64,000 bases of DNA from Acidobacteriota bacterium (GTDB lineage: Bacteria > Acidobacteriota > UBA6911). Position numbers and translations under genes: made by a program. The notes beneath the pieces are model-generated. The model did no database searches. It was given only the letters and a program-made list of their open reading frames with translations, and was not told where the DNA came from. This document shows positions 19,254 through 29,915 of this stretch, piece by piece. The stretch spans positions 32,663 to 96,662 of the forward strand of contig JAISUT010000067.1 of NCBI GenBank assembly GCA_031271905.1, read 5' to 3'. Positions within the stretch are counted from its first letter, which is position 1; the number at the start of each line of letters is the position of its first letter.

Positions 19254-19276
19254 AGCGACAGGGAGGATTGGCTGCC

Positions 19277-20746
19277 ATGAAAGAGAAAGCGGACATCGGG
19301 ATGATCGGGCTCGCCGTGATGGGCGAGAACTTGGCGTTGAACATGGAGGACAAGGGCTTCACGGTCGCCGTCTACAACCGGACGGTTCCGGGGGTGGAGG
19401 AAGGCGTGGTGGAGCGCTTCGTCAACGGGCGGGGCAAGGGGAAGGATTTCATCGGCTCGGCGACCGTCGAGGAGTTCGTCAAGACGCTCGCCGCGCCGCG
19501 CCGCATCATGATGATGGTCAAGGCGGGCAAGCCCGTGGACGAGCTGATCGAACAGCTCCTGCCGCTCCTTGCGCCGGGCGACATCCTCATCGACGGCGGC
19601 AACTCGCACTTCCCCGACACCGTGCGGCGCACGGAATACCTGGAGTCCAAGGGGCTGCTGTTCATCGGCACGGGCGTCTCCGGCGGCGAGGAGGGGGCGC
19701 TGCGCGGGCCGTCCATCATGCCCGGCGGCTCGCCCGCCGCGTGGCCGCACGTGAAGCCGATCTTCCAGGCCATCGCCGCCAAGGTCGCCGACGGCACCCC
19801 GTGCTGCGACTGGGTGGGCGCGGGCGGCGCGGGGCACTTCGTGAAAATGGTCCACAACGGCATCGAGTACGGCGACATGCAGCTCATCTGCGAAGCCTAC
19901 CAGGTGATGAAGGACCTGCTCGGCATGTCGCCGGACGAGATGCACGAGGTCTTCAAGAAGTGGGACCGGGGCGACCTCGACAGCTACCTGATCGAGATCA
20001 CGCGCGACATCCTGGCGTTCAAGGACGCCGACGGCGAGCCGCTGGTCGATAAGATATTGGACACCGCCGGGCAGAAGGGGACGGGCAAGTGGACCAGCGT
20101 GGTCTCGCTCGACCTGGGCAGCCCCCTGACCCTCATCAGCGAGGCGGTCTTCGCCCGCTGCCTGTCGGCGGCCAAGGAGGAGCGCGTGGAGGCGGCGAAG
20201 GTGCTGCGCGGCCCGTCGGCGCGATTCTCCGGCGACCGCGAGGCGCTGCTCGCCGACTTGGAAAAGGCGCTCTACGCCTCGAAGATCATCTCCTACACGC
20301 AGGGGTACGCGCTCTTGCGCGAGGCGGCTAAGGAGTTCGGCTGGACGCTCGACTACGGCGGCATCGCCCTCCTGTGGCGCGGCGGCTGCATCATCCGCTC
20401 CGTGTTCCTCGGCAGGATCAAAGAGGCTTTCGACCGCGACCCGGACCTGTCGAACCTCCTGCTCGACCCGTTCTTCCGGGAGAGGATCGAGGCGTCGCAG
20501 GACGCCTGGCGGCGGGTGGTCTCCGCGGCGGCGCTGCACGGCGTCTGGGCGCCCGCGATGTCCACGGCCCTCGGCTATTACGACGGCTTCCGCAACGGGC
20601 GTCTGCCGGCGAACCTCCTGCAGGCGCAGCGCGACTACTTCGGGGCGCACACCTACGAGCGCGTGGACGCGCCGCGCGGGAAGTTCTTCCACACGAACTG
20701 GACCGGCCGCGGGGGCGAGACCGCGTCCTCGTCCTACTCGGTCTGA
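19277..20746 (+). CDS. gnd: 6-phosphogluconate dehydrogenase (decarboxylating)
   Basis: ADIGMIGLAVMGENLALN (NADP Rossmann), HFVKMVHNGIEYGDMQLICE, RDYFGAHTYERVD are canonical Gnd motifs. Confidence 0.9.
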   Translation: MKEKADIGMIGLAVMGENLALNMEDKGFTVAVYNRTVPGVEEGVVERFVNGRGKGKDFIGSATVEEFVKTLAAPRRIMMMVKAGKPVDELIEQLLPLLAPGDILIDGGNSHFPDTVRRTEYLESKGLLFIGTGVSGGEEGALRGPSIMPGGSPAAWPHVKPIFQAIAAKVADGTPCCDWVGAGGAGHFVKMVHNGIEYGDMQLICEAYQVMKDLLGMSPDEMHEVFKKWDRGDLDSYLIEITRDILAFKDADGEPLVDKILDTAGQKGTGKWTSVVSLDLGSPLTLISEAVFARCLSAAKEERVEAAKVLRGPSARFSGDREALLADLEKALYASKIISYTQGYALLREAAKEFGWTLDYGGIALLWRGGCIIRSVFLGRIKEAFDRDPDLSNLLLDPFFRERIEASQDAWRRVVSAAALHGVWAPAMSTALGYYDGFRNGRLPANLLQAQRDYFGAHTYERVDAPRGKFFHTNWTGRGGETASSSYSV

Positions 20747-20900
20747 TTCCCGGCAGGCCCGCGCGGGGAGGAGGGTCGTGGACAAGCGCGCGGGGGGGCA
20801 AGAGAGACGAGGATTGGACGCATGGAAAACCATCGAATAATGCAGCGGCGCAAACTGATTTGACGCCAACAGATGAATTTTGAAAACTGCGGAGTCGCTT

Positions 20901-21986
20901 ATGAACCATGATCTAGACATCCCTGCCGCGGGGGCGGCGTTCGACCTCGTCTCCCTGGGGGCGCTGGTGCATCGGCTCGATCCGGGCATCGTCCCGTTCC
21001 GCAAGGCGACCGAGTGCCGCATCCATGTGAGCGGCGGAGAGTTCAACGTCGCCGCCAACCTGGCCGACTGCTTCCGCCTGAACACCGGCGTCGCGACCGC
21101 GCTGGTCGAGTACCCGATAGGGGATTTGATCGCCGAGCGCGTGCGGGCGATGGGGGTGAAGCCCTTCTACAAGCGGTTCGAGCACAACGGCGTGAACGGC
21201 CCCAACATGGCGACGGTCTACAGCGACCGCGGCTTCGGCGTGCGTGCGCCGGTGGTCTTCTACAACCGCGCGAACGAGGCGGGGGCGCTCCTGAAGCCGG
21301 GGGACTTCGAATGGAAGGAGATCTTCTCCGGCGGGGTGCGCTGGTTCCACAGCGGCGGCATCTTCGCCGCGCTCTCGGAGACCACCGGCGCGCTGATCGC
21401 CGAAGGGATGCGGGCCGCCAAGGCCGCGGGCGCGGTCACGAGCTTCGACCTGAACTTCCGCGAGAAGCTGTGGAACATCTGGGGCGGCGCCGCGAAGGCG
21501 GCCGAGGCGGTGGCGCGCATCGTCGAGCATGTGGACGTCCTGATCGGCAACGAGGAGGACTTGCAGAAGGGGCTGGGCGTCCCCGGGCCCGAGGTGGGGG
21601 CGAAGTCCAAGCTCGACCCGGCGGCTTTTTTCAGCATGATAGACAACGTGGTGAAAAAACACCCGAAGGTCAAGGCGGTCGCGACCACTTTGCGCGAAGT
21701 CCGTTCGACCAACCGCCACGGCTGGGGGGCGGTCGCCTGGGTGGGGGGCGAGACCTGCGTTTCGCCGACTTGCGAGCTGGACGTGTACGACAGGGTGGGG
21801 GGCGGCGACGGCTTCGCCAGCGGCTTCATCTACGGGTTGCTCGCGGGGGAGTCGCCGGAGGATGCCGTGCGCCTCGGCTGGGCGCACGGCGCACTGTTGA
21901 CGACCTTCCCCGGCGACACGACGATGGCGACCTTGGAGCAGGTGCGCGCCTTCGCCCAAGGCGGCTCCGCCCGCATCCAGCGATAG
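20901..21986 (+). CDS. PfkB-family carbohydrate kinase (2-keto-3-deoxygluconate kinase-like)
   Basis: DRVGGGDGFASGFIYGLL is the PfkB C-terminal signature (DTxGAGD). GGAG ribosome-binding site 7 nt upstream. Confidence 0.8.
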   Translation: MNHDLDIPAAGAAFDLVSLGALVHRLDPGIVPFRKATECRIHVSGGEFNVAANLADCFRLNTGVATALVEYPIGDLIAERVRAMGVKPFYKRFEHNGVNGPNMATVYSDRGFGVRAPVVFYNRANEAGALLKPGDFEWKEIFSGGVRWFHSGGIFAALSETTGALIAEGMRAAKAAGAVTSFDLNFREKLWNIWGGAAKAAEAVARIVEHVDVLIGNEEDLQKGLGVPGPEVGAKSKLDPAAFFSMIDNVVKKHPKVKAVATTLREVRSTNRHGWGAVAWVGGETCVSPTCELDVYDRVGGGDGFASGFIYGLLAGESPEDAVRLGWAHGALLTTFPGDTTMATLEQVRAFAQGGSARIQR

Positions 21987-22127
21987 AGGGGGCGTCCGGT
22001 GCCGGGTCGCCGCCCATAGTCGTGTCACGGCAAATGGCGGCGCTGATGGCGCGGATGCCGGGTACGCGCGGGACGGAGGGCGCAGGCGTGCTTGTCTGGG
22101 CCCCCTCGCATCAAGGCGTCGGGCGCA

Positions 22128-22370
22128 TCAAGCGGTTTCCACCAGATCGGCCATCCCCAGCTCCTCGATCTCCAGCGCCGGCCTGACCCCCATCCGGTCG
22201 CAGGCGCCGTCGTATATCTGCTTCACCGCCCGCTTGGCGTGTTGCAACTCCAGTATCCGGTCTTTGGCCCTCGCCAGTTCTTCGCCGATCTCTCGGTCGA
22301 TGGAGTCCAGCTCCTCCTTCGCCATCTGACGGGTGATTTCGTATTTCTGCCGCTGTTGTTCCGTCAACAT
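22128..22370 (-). CDS. Small coiled-coil hypothetical protein (80 aa)
   Basis: GAGGGGG ribosome-binding site 5 nt upstream of the ATG. Immediately downstream of the tonB-like gene on the same strand. Confidence 0.4.
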   Translation of the reverse strand: MLTEQQRQKYEITRQMAKEELDSIDREIGEELARAKDRILELQHAKRAVKQIYDGACDRMGVRPALEIEELGMADLVETA

Positions 22371-22389
22371 CGAATCCCCCTCAAAGTCG

Positions 22390-23322
22390 TTATTCGTGTT
22401 TGAAAGTCATCGTGACAGTGGCACGGCTTGTCACGGGCGCCCCCCCGAGCGTCGCCGGGCGGTAGCGCCACCTCATCGCCGCCGCGACGGCCTCGTCGCG
22501 GAAAATCTCGGGGCCGTCCACCGCAACGGCGTCTGTCACAGCGCCTTTCGCGTCGATGACCAGGTCGATGGTCACCGCGCCCGCACCTTGGCCTTGCGGG
22601 GCGTTTTCAGGGTACGCGGGCTCCACCCGTTCGACCAGCTCCGCAGGCGTCAGCTCCCCCGCATATGCCATGATGCCGCCGTCACCCTGCGGAGCGTCCG
22701 CCGCGTTATTTGTCTCGCCCGCCCTGTCCAACGGCGTGACGGCGGGCGGGATGGCGGCGGGGATGGCCGCCTTGATGTCGGTCGCCTCCGCGACGTCCTT
22801 GGAGACTGCGGCATTCGCCGTCTTCTGCGTGGGCTTCGGGGCGGGTTTCTGGTAATAACCGAACCCTATGCCCGCGAGGATCAGCGCGCAGGCGGCCGCA
22901 ATCGCCAACAACGGCCCTTTGCGTTCCGACGGCGCGTCCATCATGCAGAATGCCGGGACTGCGACGGCAGGCGTCGCGGTTGCGACCGCTTCCGCCGCTC
23001 CCTCGGGCGATGATCCGGGTTCGGGTTCCCGGGGTTCCAATGGAAGGGCGGCGACCACTTCGACTGGGGGGAATTCGTCGAACACGCCGTCTGGGACTCC
23101 GGGGTCGAGAGGCGCCGCGACCACCTGGTCTGATTCGCGAAGCGCCTGCTTCAGCATATGCGACACCGCCGCGTCCAGCCTGTCGTCCCGCCCCCCTCGC
23201 AAGGCGCTCGGCGCCGTCGGGCGCACATCCCCCATCTCCTTGTCCAAAAACTCCAAGACGGCCTTTTCGTACCGCTCGTCGAACCGGCGGGCGAGGGCGT
23301 CCGAGTCTTCTTCCCTTTTCAT
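22390..23322 (-). CDS. TonB-family energy transducer (C-terminal TonB domain)
   Basis: N-terminal TM helix (LLAIAAACALILAGIGFGYY), Pro/Ala-rich linker, C-terminal domain ending ...AAMRWRYRPATLGGAPV typical of TonB_C. Confidence 0.65.
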   Translation of the reverse strand: MKREEDSDALARRFDERYEKAVLEFLDKEMGDVRPTAPSALRGGRDDRLDAAVSHMLKQALRESDQVVAAPLDPGVPDGVFDEFPPVEVVAALPLEPREPEPGSSPEGAAEAVATATPAVAVPAFCMMDAPSERKGPLLAIAAACALILAGIGFGYYQKPAPKPTQKTANAAVSKDVAEATDIKAAIPAAIPPAVTPLDRAGETNNAADAPQGDGGIMAYAGELTPAELVERVEPAYPENAPQGQGAGAVTIDLVIDAKGAVTDAVAVDGPEIFRDEAVAAAMRWRYRPATLGGAPVTSRATVTMTFKHE

Positions 23323-23698
23323 AGGCCAACTCCGCAGACACCGGTCCGGCGAGGGCGCCGCCGCCCCCGTCTCCCCACGCGATGGAACCTTTGGCGACTC
23401 ATTGCATCGCAATGACGCCGGCACAATCGCAAAAATGTTGTTGTCAACCGTCCTAATCGGCACGGACAGGTTTTTCAGTTAGGTTTTTTCGACGAATCCC
23501 GCCTTTTCCCGGGAATCCTCCCCGGCGAAGGTCTGCGCCGCGCCACATAATCGCGACAGAAATGAAAAGCGGGCTTGCGCAACGGGGGGAAATCAAATAT
23601 AAAGATACCCAGTTGCAGGTTTGAGTGTTCGGACGGAGAATGCACCGGACACCTGAAAAAACATCGATACCGAAATCCCGGGGATTGGAGCAGGCGAT

Positions 23699-25048
23699 AT
23701 GGATGCCGTCTTACTGTCGCGAATACAGTTCGCCATCACGGTCATGTTTCACTATCTTTTCCCACCGCTCACGATCGGCATGGGCGTGTTCTTGGTCTTT
23801 CTGGAAGCCAGATACCTCAAGACCAAGGATGTCCAATACGAGCGCGCAGCGAAGTTCTGGACGAAGGTCTTCGCCTTGAACTTCGCGCTGGGCGTGGTCT
23901 CCGGCATCGTCATGGAGTTCCAGTTCGGGACCAACTGGGCGATTTACTCCAGATACGTCGGCGACGTGTTCGGCTCCATCCTGGCCTCGGAGGCGATCTT
24001 CGCCTTCTTCCTGGAGTCGGGCTTCCTGGCGCTCCTGCTCTTCGGCTGGGACAAGGTCTCGCCCAAATGGCATTTCTTCTCGACCCTGATGGTCTCGCTC
24101 GGCTCCATCGTCTCGGCGCTCTGGATCATCGTCGCCATCTCCTGGCAGCAGACCCCGGCGGGCTTCGTCCTGCGCGACTTCGAGACCCCGGTCGGCGTGG
24201 TGCAGCGCGCGGAGCTGACCAGCTTCTGGGAGGTGGTGTTCAACCCCTCGGCGATGGACCGGCTGGTTCACGTCCTGATAGGCGCCTTCATCCTCGGCTC
24301 GTTCTTCATCATGAGCATCTCGGCATGGTACCTGCTCAAGAACCGGCATCTGGAGATCGCCCGCCGGTCGTTCGTCACGGCGCTCGTCGTGGCGGCGGTC
24401 GCCTCGCTCGCGGCGGTCGCCTCGGGCGACTCGCACGCGCGGGTGGTCGCCGAGCACCAGCCGGCGAAGCTGGCGGCGATGGAGGGGGTCTACAAGACCG
24501 GCGAGGGCGGGACGGCGTTCCACGTCTTCGGCATCCCGGACAGCGAGGCGAAGGAGATACGCTTCGGCGTCGAGATACCCAAGCTGCTCAGCCTCCTGAC
24601 GCACCGCGACGCCTCGAAGCCCGTGGCGGGGCTGGATCAGTTCGAGCCGGACGTGCCCCCGGTGGCGCTGCCGTTCTGGGGGTTCCACGTCATGGTCTGG
24701 CTGGGCTGCTACTTCATCGTGTTGACGCTCTACGCGCTCTGGAGGCTGTGGCGCAAGACGCTGTACGAGGCGCGGTGGCTGCTGTGGGTGTTCGTCTTCT
24801 CCGTGCCGTTGCCGTTTGTCGCCAACCAGCTCGGCTGGGTCGCCGCCGAGGTCGGGCGCCAGCCGTGGATAGTCTATAACCTCCTGCGCACGAGCGACGC
24901 CGTGTCGCAGAACGTGACCGCCGCCCATGTGGGCGGCTCCATCGCCCTGTTCGTCTTGATATACGCCCTGCTGTTCTCGGTCTGGATCTTCCTGCTGAAC
25001 GACAAGATCAAGAAGGGCCCGGAAGAAGCCAAGGAAAACGTTCGCTAG
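23699..25048 (+). CDS. cydA: Cytochrome bd ubiquinol oxidase subunit I
   Basis: [24 protein letters not shown] matches the CydA N-terminus. 449 aa polytopic membrane protein. Confidence 0.9.
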   Translation: MDAVLLSRIQFAITVMFHYLFPPLTIGMGVFLVFLEARYLKTKDVQYERAAKFWTKVFALNFALGVVSGIVMEFQFGTNWAIYSRYVGDVFGSILASEAIFAFFLESGFLALLLFGWDKVSPKWHFFSTLMVSLGSIVSALWIIVAISWQQTPAGFVLRDFETPVGVVQRAELTSFWEVVFNPSAMDRLVHVLIGAFILGSFFIMSISAWYLLKNRHLEIARRSFVTALVVAAVASLAAVASGDSHARVVAEHQPAKLAAMEGVYKTGEGGTAFHVFGIPDSEAKEIRFGVEIPKLLSLLTHRDASKPVAGLDQFEPDVPPVALPFWGFHVMVWLGCYFIVLTLYALWRLWRKTLYEARWLLWVFVFSVPLPFVANQLGWVAAEVGRQPWIVYNLLRTSDAVSQNVTAAHVGGSIALFVLIYALLFSVWIFLLNDKIKKGPEEAKENVR

Positions 25049-25089
25049 GCATGTCGGTTTCAGAGTTTCACCTTCAGAGTTTCAGAGGT

Positions 25090-25198
25090 GGGAACCTCTA
25101 AAAAGCTCGCGGAAGATCGAAAAGCGGAGCTCGCTAAGGCGAATGGGCATTTTCGATCAAGGCGCCGGCGCTGTCGTCCGGGGTTTTTAGATGTTCCC
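25090..25198. mobile_element. MITE-like repeat copy B (inverted orientation) in the cydA-cydB spacer
   Basis: GGGAACCTCTAAAAA...TTTTTAGATGTTCCC. Internal sequence is the reverse complement of copy A's interior. Confidence 0.7.
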
Positions 25199-25215
25199 AG
25201 GAAGGAGTCAATTCA

Positions 25216-26214
25216 ATGGATCTCAGCGTGGTTTGGTTCATTCTCATGGGCGTTCTCCTGGCTGGCTACTCCATCTTGGACGGTTTCGACCTGGGGGCGG
25301 GCATCCTGCACCTGACCGCCCGCACCGACACCGAGCGCAGGCTGGTCATCAACTCCATCGGGCCCATTTGGGACGGCAACGAGGTCTGGCTGATAACGTT
25401 CGGCGGGGCGATGTTCGCCGCGTTCCCGAACGCCTACGCCACGGTGTTCTCCGGCTTTTACATCGCCCTGATGCTGGTGTTGCTGACGCTCATCCTGCGG
25501 GCGGTTTCGCTGGAGTTCCGCAGCAAGCGCCCCTCTCCCGCCTGGCGCAAGTTCTGGGACGGCGCTTTCTTCTTGGGGAGCCTGCTGGCGACGCTCCTTT
25601 TCGGCGTGGCGACGGGCAACATCCTGATCGGCATCCCTGTGGACGCCGAGGGCGTCTTCACCGGCTCGTTCTTCGACCTGCTGCGCCCCTTCCCGATCCT
25701 GGTCGGCCTTTTCACCGTGGTGTTCGCCGCCCTGCACGGCGCGCTCTACCTGAACCTGAAGACCGAGGGGGAGTTGCAGGAGCGGGTGCGCGGCTGGATC
25801 AAGAAGGTCCTCGTCGCCGCCGTGCTCGTCTGGGCGCTGGTGACGGTTTACACCTGGGTTGCGGTTCCGGCGGCCAGCGGCTGGCCCTGGGCGCTGGTCG
25901 TCCTGATCGCGCTGGCGTTTGCGGGCATCCTCCCGGCGGTTTCCGCCGGAAGGCCGTTCGTCGCCTTCCTGTGCTCGTCGCTGGCCATCGCGGTGCTGGT
26001 GTTCCTGTTCAGCTTCGCGATCTATCCGAACCTGGTGATCTCGAACATCGCGCCGGAGTACAACCTGAATATCGTCAACGCGGCCTCTTCGCCTAAGACC
26101 CTGGGGGTGATGACGGTCATCGCCGCCGTGGGCGTGCCGGTGGTCCTGATCTACACGGCGCTGATCTACCGGGCGTTCCGCGGCAAGACCAAGCTCACCG
26201 ACCACAGCTACTAG
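25216..26214 (+). CDS. cydB: Cytochrome bd ubiquinol oxidase subunit II
   Basis: MDLSVVWFILMGVLLAGYSILDGFDLGAG matches the CydB N-terminus. 332 aa. Confidence 0.9.
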   Translation: MDLSVVWFILMGVLLAGYSILDGFDLGAGILHLTARTDTERRLVINSIGPIWDGNEVWLITFGGAMFAAFPNAYATVFSGFYIALMLVLLTLILRAVSLEFRSKRPSPAWRKFWDGAFFLGSLLATLLFGVATGNILIGIPVDAEGVFTGSFFDLLRPFPILVGLFTVVFAALHGALYLNLKTEGELQERVRGWIKKVLVAAVLVWALVTVYTWVAVPAASGWPWALVVLIALAFAGILPAVSAGRPFVAFLCSSLAIAVLVFLFSFAIYPNLVISNIAPEYNLNIVNAASSPKTLGVMTVIAAVGVPVVLIYTALIYRAFRGKTKLTDHSY

Positions 26215-26225
26215 AGTTTGATGAA

Positions 26226-26258
26226 AGACCGGGCGGGCGCGGCGCGGTCGCCCGGTCT
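26226..26258 (+). terminator. GC-rich hairpin downstream of cydB (10-bp stem AGACCGGGCG / CGCCCGGTCT)
   Basis: Perfect 10-bp inverted repeat 12 nt after the cydB stop. No U-tract, so terminator function is uncertain. Confidence 0.4.
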
Positions 26259-26491
26259 CCCCACCTTCGCCCCTCTTTGCGCACACACGTTGCGCGCATC
26301 CCCGTAACGTCCCGTCCACGCAAACCCCGTCTTGTTCCGCCGCCCTCGCCGCCCTCGCCCCACATCCCACCGTGTATTTTCCGAATTCCATAGTATAATT
26401 ACCCGGCTCGATAGATGGAAAATTCGGCGAGGCGTTAAGACGTCCAAGGTTTTATCCAAAAACCTATTCATAGGAAGTTTAACGTTTTGCA

Positions 26492-28744
26492 TTGGGAAGT
26501 GTTTGCATGTTGGAACATATTCGCCAGAAATATAAGGTGCCGGTTTTCCTGCTCGTCGCGTCATGCGCCGTAATCGCCTTGTATCTTGCTTTATGCGAGC
26601 TTTCCGTGGGGCGATTGACGGTGGATAAGCGTATATTCGTACCTATACAGATGCAGAAAACCGTCACGGTTGGCGATGATCACGCGCATTCGGAAAATTT
26701 CTTAAAAATAAAAGATATATTAATCGCGGACGACGCCCGCCCGCACAGGGTTTATGTAAAAGTCCCGGATGCCGACGGCTTGCGCTTTATCAACATCCAT
26801 GTGTCGAAATGGAACCATCTGACTCAAAACGCCGGTTTTTCATGGCGTGGTGGAGACGGGCGTTTCTCATGGGGAGACGTCATTCGCTTTGATGTGAAAG
26901 ACGGCTACACGACGTTGCATTTCCCGGACGGCGCCCGAGAACTTTGTTTTGATTTCGGGACAACGCCAGGGCCGGCGATCAAAATAGAACAATGCGTTTT
27001 TTCGGAATTTCCGTCATTGCCATCCCATTTCCTCCCTTTGTTCATAGGTCTTTCATTCCTGATCGTTTTCATGCTATATGGTATTTCATTTGCTGGATTC
27101 GGGCATTTTTTATCTGCACATCCGACGATTGTCTTATTCGCCGTCATCGTTTTGCAGATGGTTTACATCAGTTACTGGCATGTCAACAAAAGGGGGTGGC
27201 ATATTGACGAGATATACTCGTTGATGCAATCAAATGACGCCGTGGCATTCCATGACTTTAAATTCAACGAGTGGTTGGACGGGAAGTATTTCGCCGACAT
27301 CCTGTCCGTGCAATCCGACGAGCGCTGGGGGCTGTATGCCGACATATACCGCAAGCATTCCGAACACGTCCACCCGCCATTGCATAATTTTCTGCTGCAC
27401 ACCATGTATTCTTTTTTCCCCGGCACCGTGAACCTGCGACCGGGGTTCGTCTTCAATTTGGGCGTTTTCGCCGTGTCGATGTATTTGTTGTATGTCACGT
27501 CGAAATTTGTTCTGCCAGATAACAAGGCATTGTTGCCGCCGCTCATGTTTGGTTTTACCAGCGGAGCCGTCTGCAACGTGAACTTCGTCAGGATGTATTG
27601 TCTTCTAAGTCTGTTTTTCATCGTGTTGGCATATTGCGTTTTTCGATTGATGGATGATCGCAAAGTTAACTGGAAGCTGTACATTTCCGTAGCCATAGTC
27701 GTATGCATCGGTTTTTTCGTCCATTATTATTTCGCCGTCTGGGCATTCATTGTCCTAGTTATCACGTCGGCGTTCCTGTTTTGGAACAAGCGGTTCGATG
27801 ATCTGAAAAAACTGGTCTGTGCCACAGGATGTGGTATGGTTGCGAACCTGCTGATCTTCCCGTACGCCATAAGGCATATTTTATTCGAGAAGAATCATGG
27901 GATAATGCAGGGCGACAACCTGTCCACGCATGTGCTGGGCGTCTCCATGAAGTCTCTGGATAATTTCTGCGTGGCTGTGAATCAGCAGTTGTTCGGCGGT
28001 TTTTGGGAGATATATGCGATCATATTATTAATTTGCCTGATGCTTGGTAATCTCAAGTTCTCCATTTCAAACAACCGCATTGACATCGAAGGCAAATCGA
28101 GTGTTTCCATAAATAAAATGCCAAGTGTCGTTTTGTTCCTGTCCGTGTCGTTATACATATTGTGCATAAGCAAAATCGCTACTTTTACGGATATGCGCTA
28201 TATTTTCTCCGCCTATCCTCTGGTGATGATGTCATTCATATGCTTGTTGCATGGATGTTTGCCTGGAAAGATCTGCGCGCGCTATGTTTTTCCGGTGCTG
28301 CTGTCTTTTCTCTTCCTCTCGAATTTTGGACATTCTTATGAAGGGGACATGCTATATACCGGATTTAATAAATCAGATACGATCGCGATAGCCAAGTCGC
28401 TTTCTGACATTCCAGCCGTTATATATTGTGATTATAACAACAGCGGTTTCCAATATAGTACGGTCATATCCCCTGATCTCAAAGAGCATGGGCGGTCTTA
28501 CATCGTTCCAGACGGGCGGATGAATGATTTGTTGCAGGTGTTGCGTCATGAAGGCGGGGCTAAGGTCGTTGCCTATATTTTAAGTAAAGACTTGTCGGAA
28601 GACGCTGTCCGTCAAGAAATCATACAGCCGATTGCGAGGCAAACACCATATAATAGATGCACGATCATATTACGGGAGCAGGTGTTGCATTGGAGATTGA
28701 ACGAGTATGTCTATTTGTTATCTGCCGACAATGGAATGGAGTGA
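26492..28744 (+). CDS. Large polytopic membrane protein, GT-C-fold glycosyltransferase-like (ArnT/PMT/YfhO-like), in low-GC island
   Basis: 750 aa, more than 10 predicted TM helices with soluble N-terminal and C-terminal domains. Followed by a GT2 polyprenyl-phosphate sugar synthase. GC much lower than the flanks. Probable start MLEHIRQ at 26507. Confidence 0.6.
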   Translation: MGSVCMLEHIRQKYKVPVFLLVASCAVIALYLALCELSVGRLTVDKRIFVPIQMQKTVTVGDDHAHSENFLKIKDILIADDARPHRVYVKVPDADGLRFINIHVSKWNHLTQNAGFSWRGGDGRFSWGDVIRFDVKDGYTTLHFPDGARELCFDFGTTPGPAIKIEQCVFSEFPSLPSHFLPLFIGLSFLIVFMLYGISFAGFGHFLSAHPTIVLFAVIVLQMVYISYWHVNKRGWHIDEIYSLMQSNDAVAFHDFKFNEWLDGKYFADILSVQSDERWGLYADIYRKHSEHVHPPLHNFLLHTMYSFFPGTVNLRPGFVFNLGVFAVSMYLLYVTSKFVLPDNKALLPPLMFGFTSGAVCNVNFVRMYCLLSLFFIVLAYCVFRLMDDRKVNWKLYISVAIVVCIGFFVHYYFAVWAFIVLVITSAFLFWNKRFDDLKKLVCATGCGMVANLLIFPYAIRHILFEKNHGIMQGDNLSTHVLGVSMKSLDNFCVAVNQQLFGGFWEIYAIILLICLMLGNLKFSISNNRIDIEGKSSVSINKMPSVVLFLSVSLYILCISKIATFTDMRYIFSAYPLVMMSFICLLHGCLPGKICARYVFPVLLSFLFLSNFGHSYEGDMLYTGFNKSDTIAIAKSLSDIPAVIYCDYNNSGFQYSTVISPDLKEHGRSYIVPDGRMNDLLQVLRHEGGAKVVAYILSKDLSEDAVRQEIIQPIARQTPYNRCTIILREQVLHWRLNEYVYLLSADNGME

Positions 28745-28848
28745 TTGTAATGATTGCGAAGTCGGGGCGATATTCATTTTTTTCATAAATCCGACACTTA
28801 TTCATTTGATCGACGTAGAAGGTGCCTTGACGTCATTTGGAGAACGCA

Positions 28849-29817
28849 ATGTATAAAAAGATTTCCGTGATAATACCGGTTTATAACGAAGCCGCGTCGT
28901 TACAAGAGCTGTACATGAAGATCAAGGATGTGGTTGCCCGCAACCAATTCGACTGTGAAATAATATTCATCGACGACGGCTCTTCTGACAATTCCGGCGA
29001 AATTTTGAAGGCCATCGCCCGGCAGGATGATAGTGTCATGCTGATTTCATTGCGCATGAATTTCGGCAAGGCGATGGCGTTGCAGACCGGCTTCCGGCAT
29101 TGTACCGGAGAGTACGTGATCACCATGGACGCGGACTTGCAGGATGACCCGGAAGAAATCCCAAATTTCATAAATAAGCTGAGAAAGGGGTATGATATCG
29201 TCTCTGGATATAAATATGATCGTCACGACTCATTGGAAAAACGCCTGCCATCGAAGTTGTTTAATAAGATCACATCGGTTTTGTCGGGAATAAAGTTACA
29301 TGACTTCAATTGCGGATTCAAAGCCTATCGCCAAGCGGTAATAAGAGCCATAGACATTTACGGCGAGATGCACCGGTATATTCCCGTAATAGCCGGAACG
29401 TATGGTTTTAGCATGACGGAAATCAACATACGCCACCATCGGCGAAAATATGGAAAATCGAAATATGGGATTGGTCGGTACTTAAAAGGCTTGTTCGACT
29501 CTTTAACATCCACATTCATGACAAGATATTATGACCGACCGATGTACTTCTTCGGAAAATTGGGCTTGATATTATTGGTCAGCGGCATATCTATTTGCAT
29601 TTATCTGACATATTTCTGGTTTGACGGGCGCGACTTAAGTGACCGCCCATTATTGCTTCTCGGGGTTCTGCTGGTCGTCTTGGGCGCACAATCGATTTCG
29701 ATCGGTTTTGTGGCAGATATGCTGGTGCAGCGGACTTTTCGACAGAATTACAATGAAAACCACGTCCGAAAAATCTATTCGTCGAAGACCCTGAAGACCC
29801 CGCCGCAGGATTCTTGA
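28849..29817 (+). CDS. GT2 polyprenyl-phosphate glycosyltransferase (GtrB/ArnC/DPM1-like)
   Basis: ISVIIPVYNE...IFIDDGSSD...VITMDADLQDDPEEIP is the GT2 DxD signature of the undecaprenyl-phosphate sugar synthase family. Two C-terminal TM helices. ORF track starts at a TTG. The ATG at 28849 has a GGAG ribosome-binding site. Confidence 0.85.
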   Translation: MYKKISVIIPVYNEAASLQELYMKIKDVVARNQFDCEIIFIDDGSSDNSGEILKAIARQDDSVMLISLRMNFGKAMALQTGFRHCTGEYVITMDADLQDDPEEIPNFINKLRKGYDIVSGYKYDRHDSLEKRLPSKLFNKITSVLSGIKLHDFNCGFKAYRQAVIRAIDIYGEMHRYIPVIAGTYGFSMTEINIRHHRRKYGKSKYGIGRYLKGLFDSLTSTFMTRYYDRPMYFFGKLGLILLVSGISICIYLTYFWFDGRDLSDRPLLLLGVLLVVLGAQSISIGFVADMLVQRTFRQNYNENHVRKIYSSKTLKTPPQDS

Positions 29818-29915
29818 TCCCCCGCGCACCTTGGATGGGCACCCCTTCGCCAAGGCGGGATTTTTGAAAATTTCGCAAAAAATCAAACGATTCCTCTTGA
29901 CGGTCGAATGAACCT

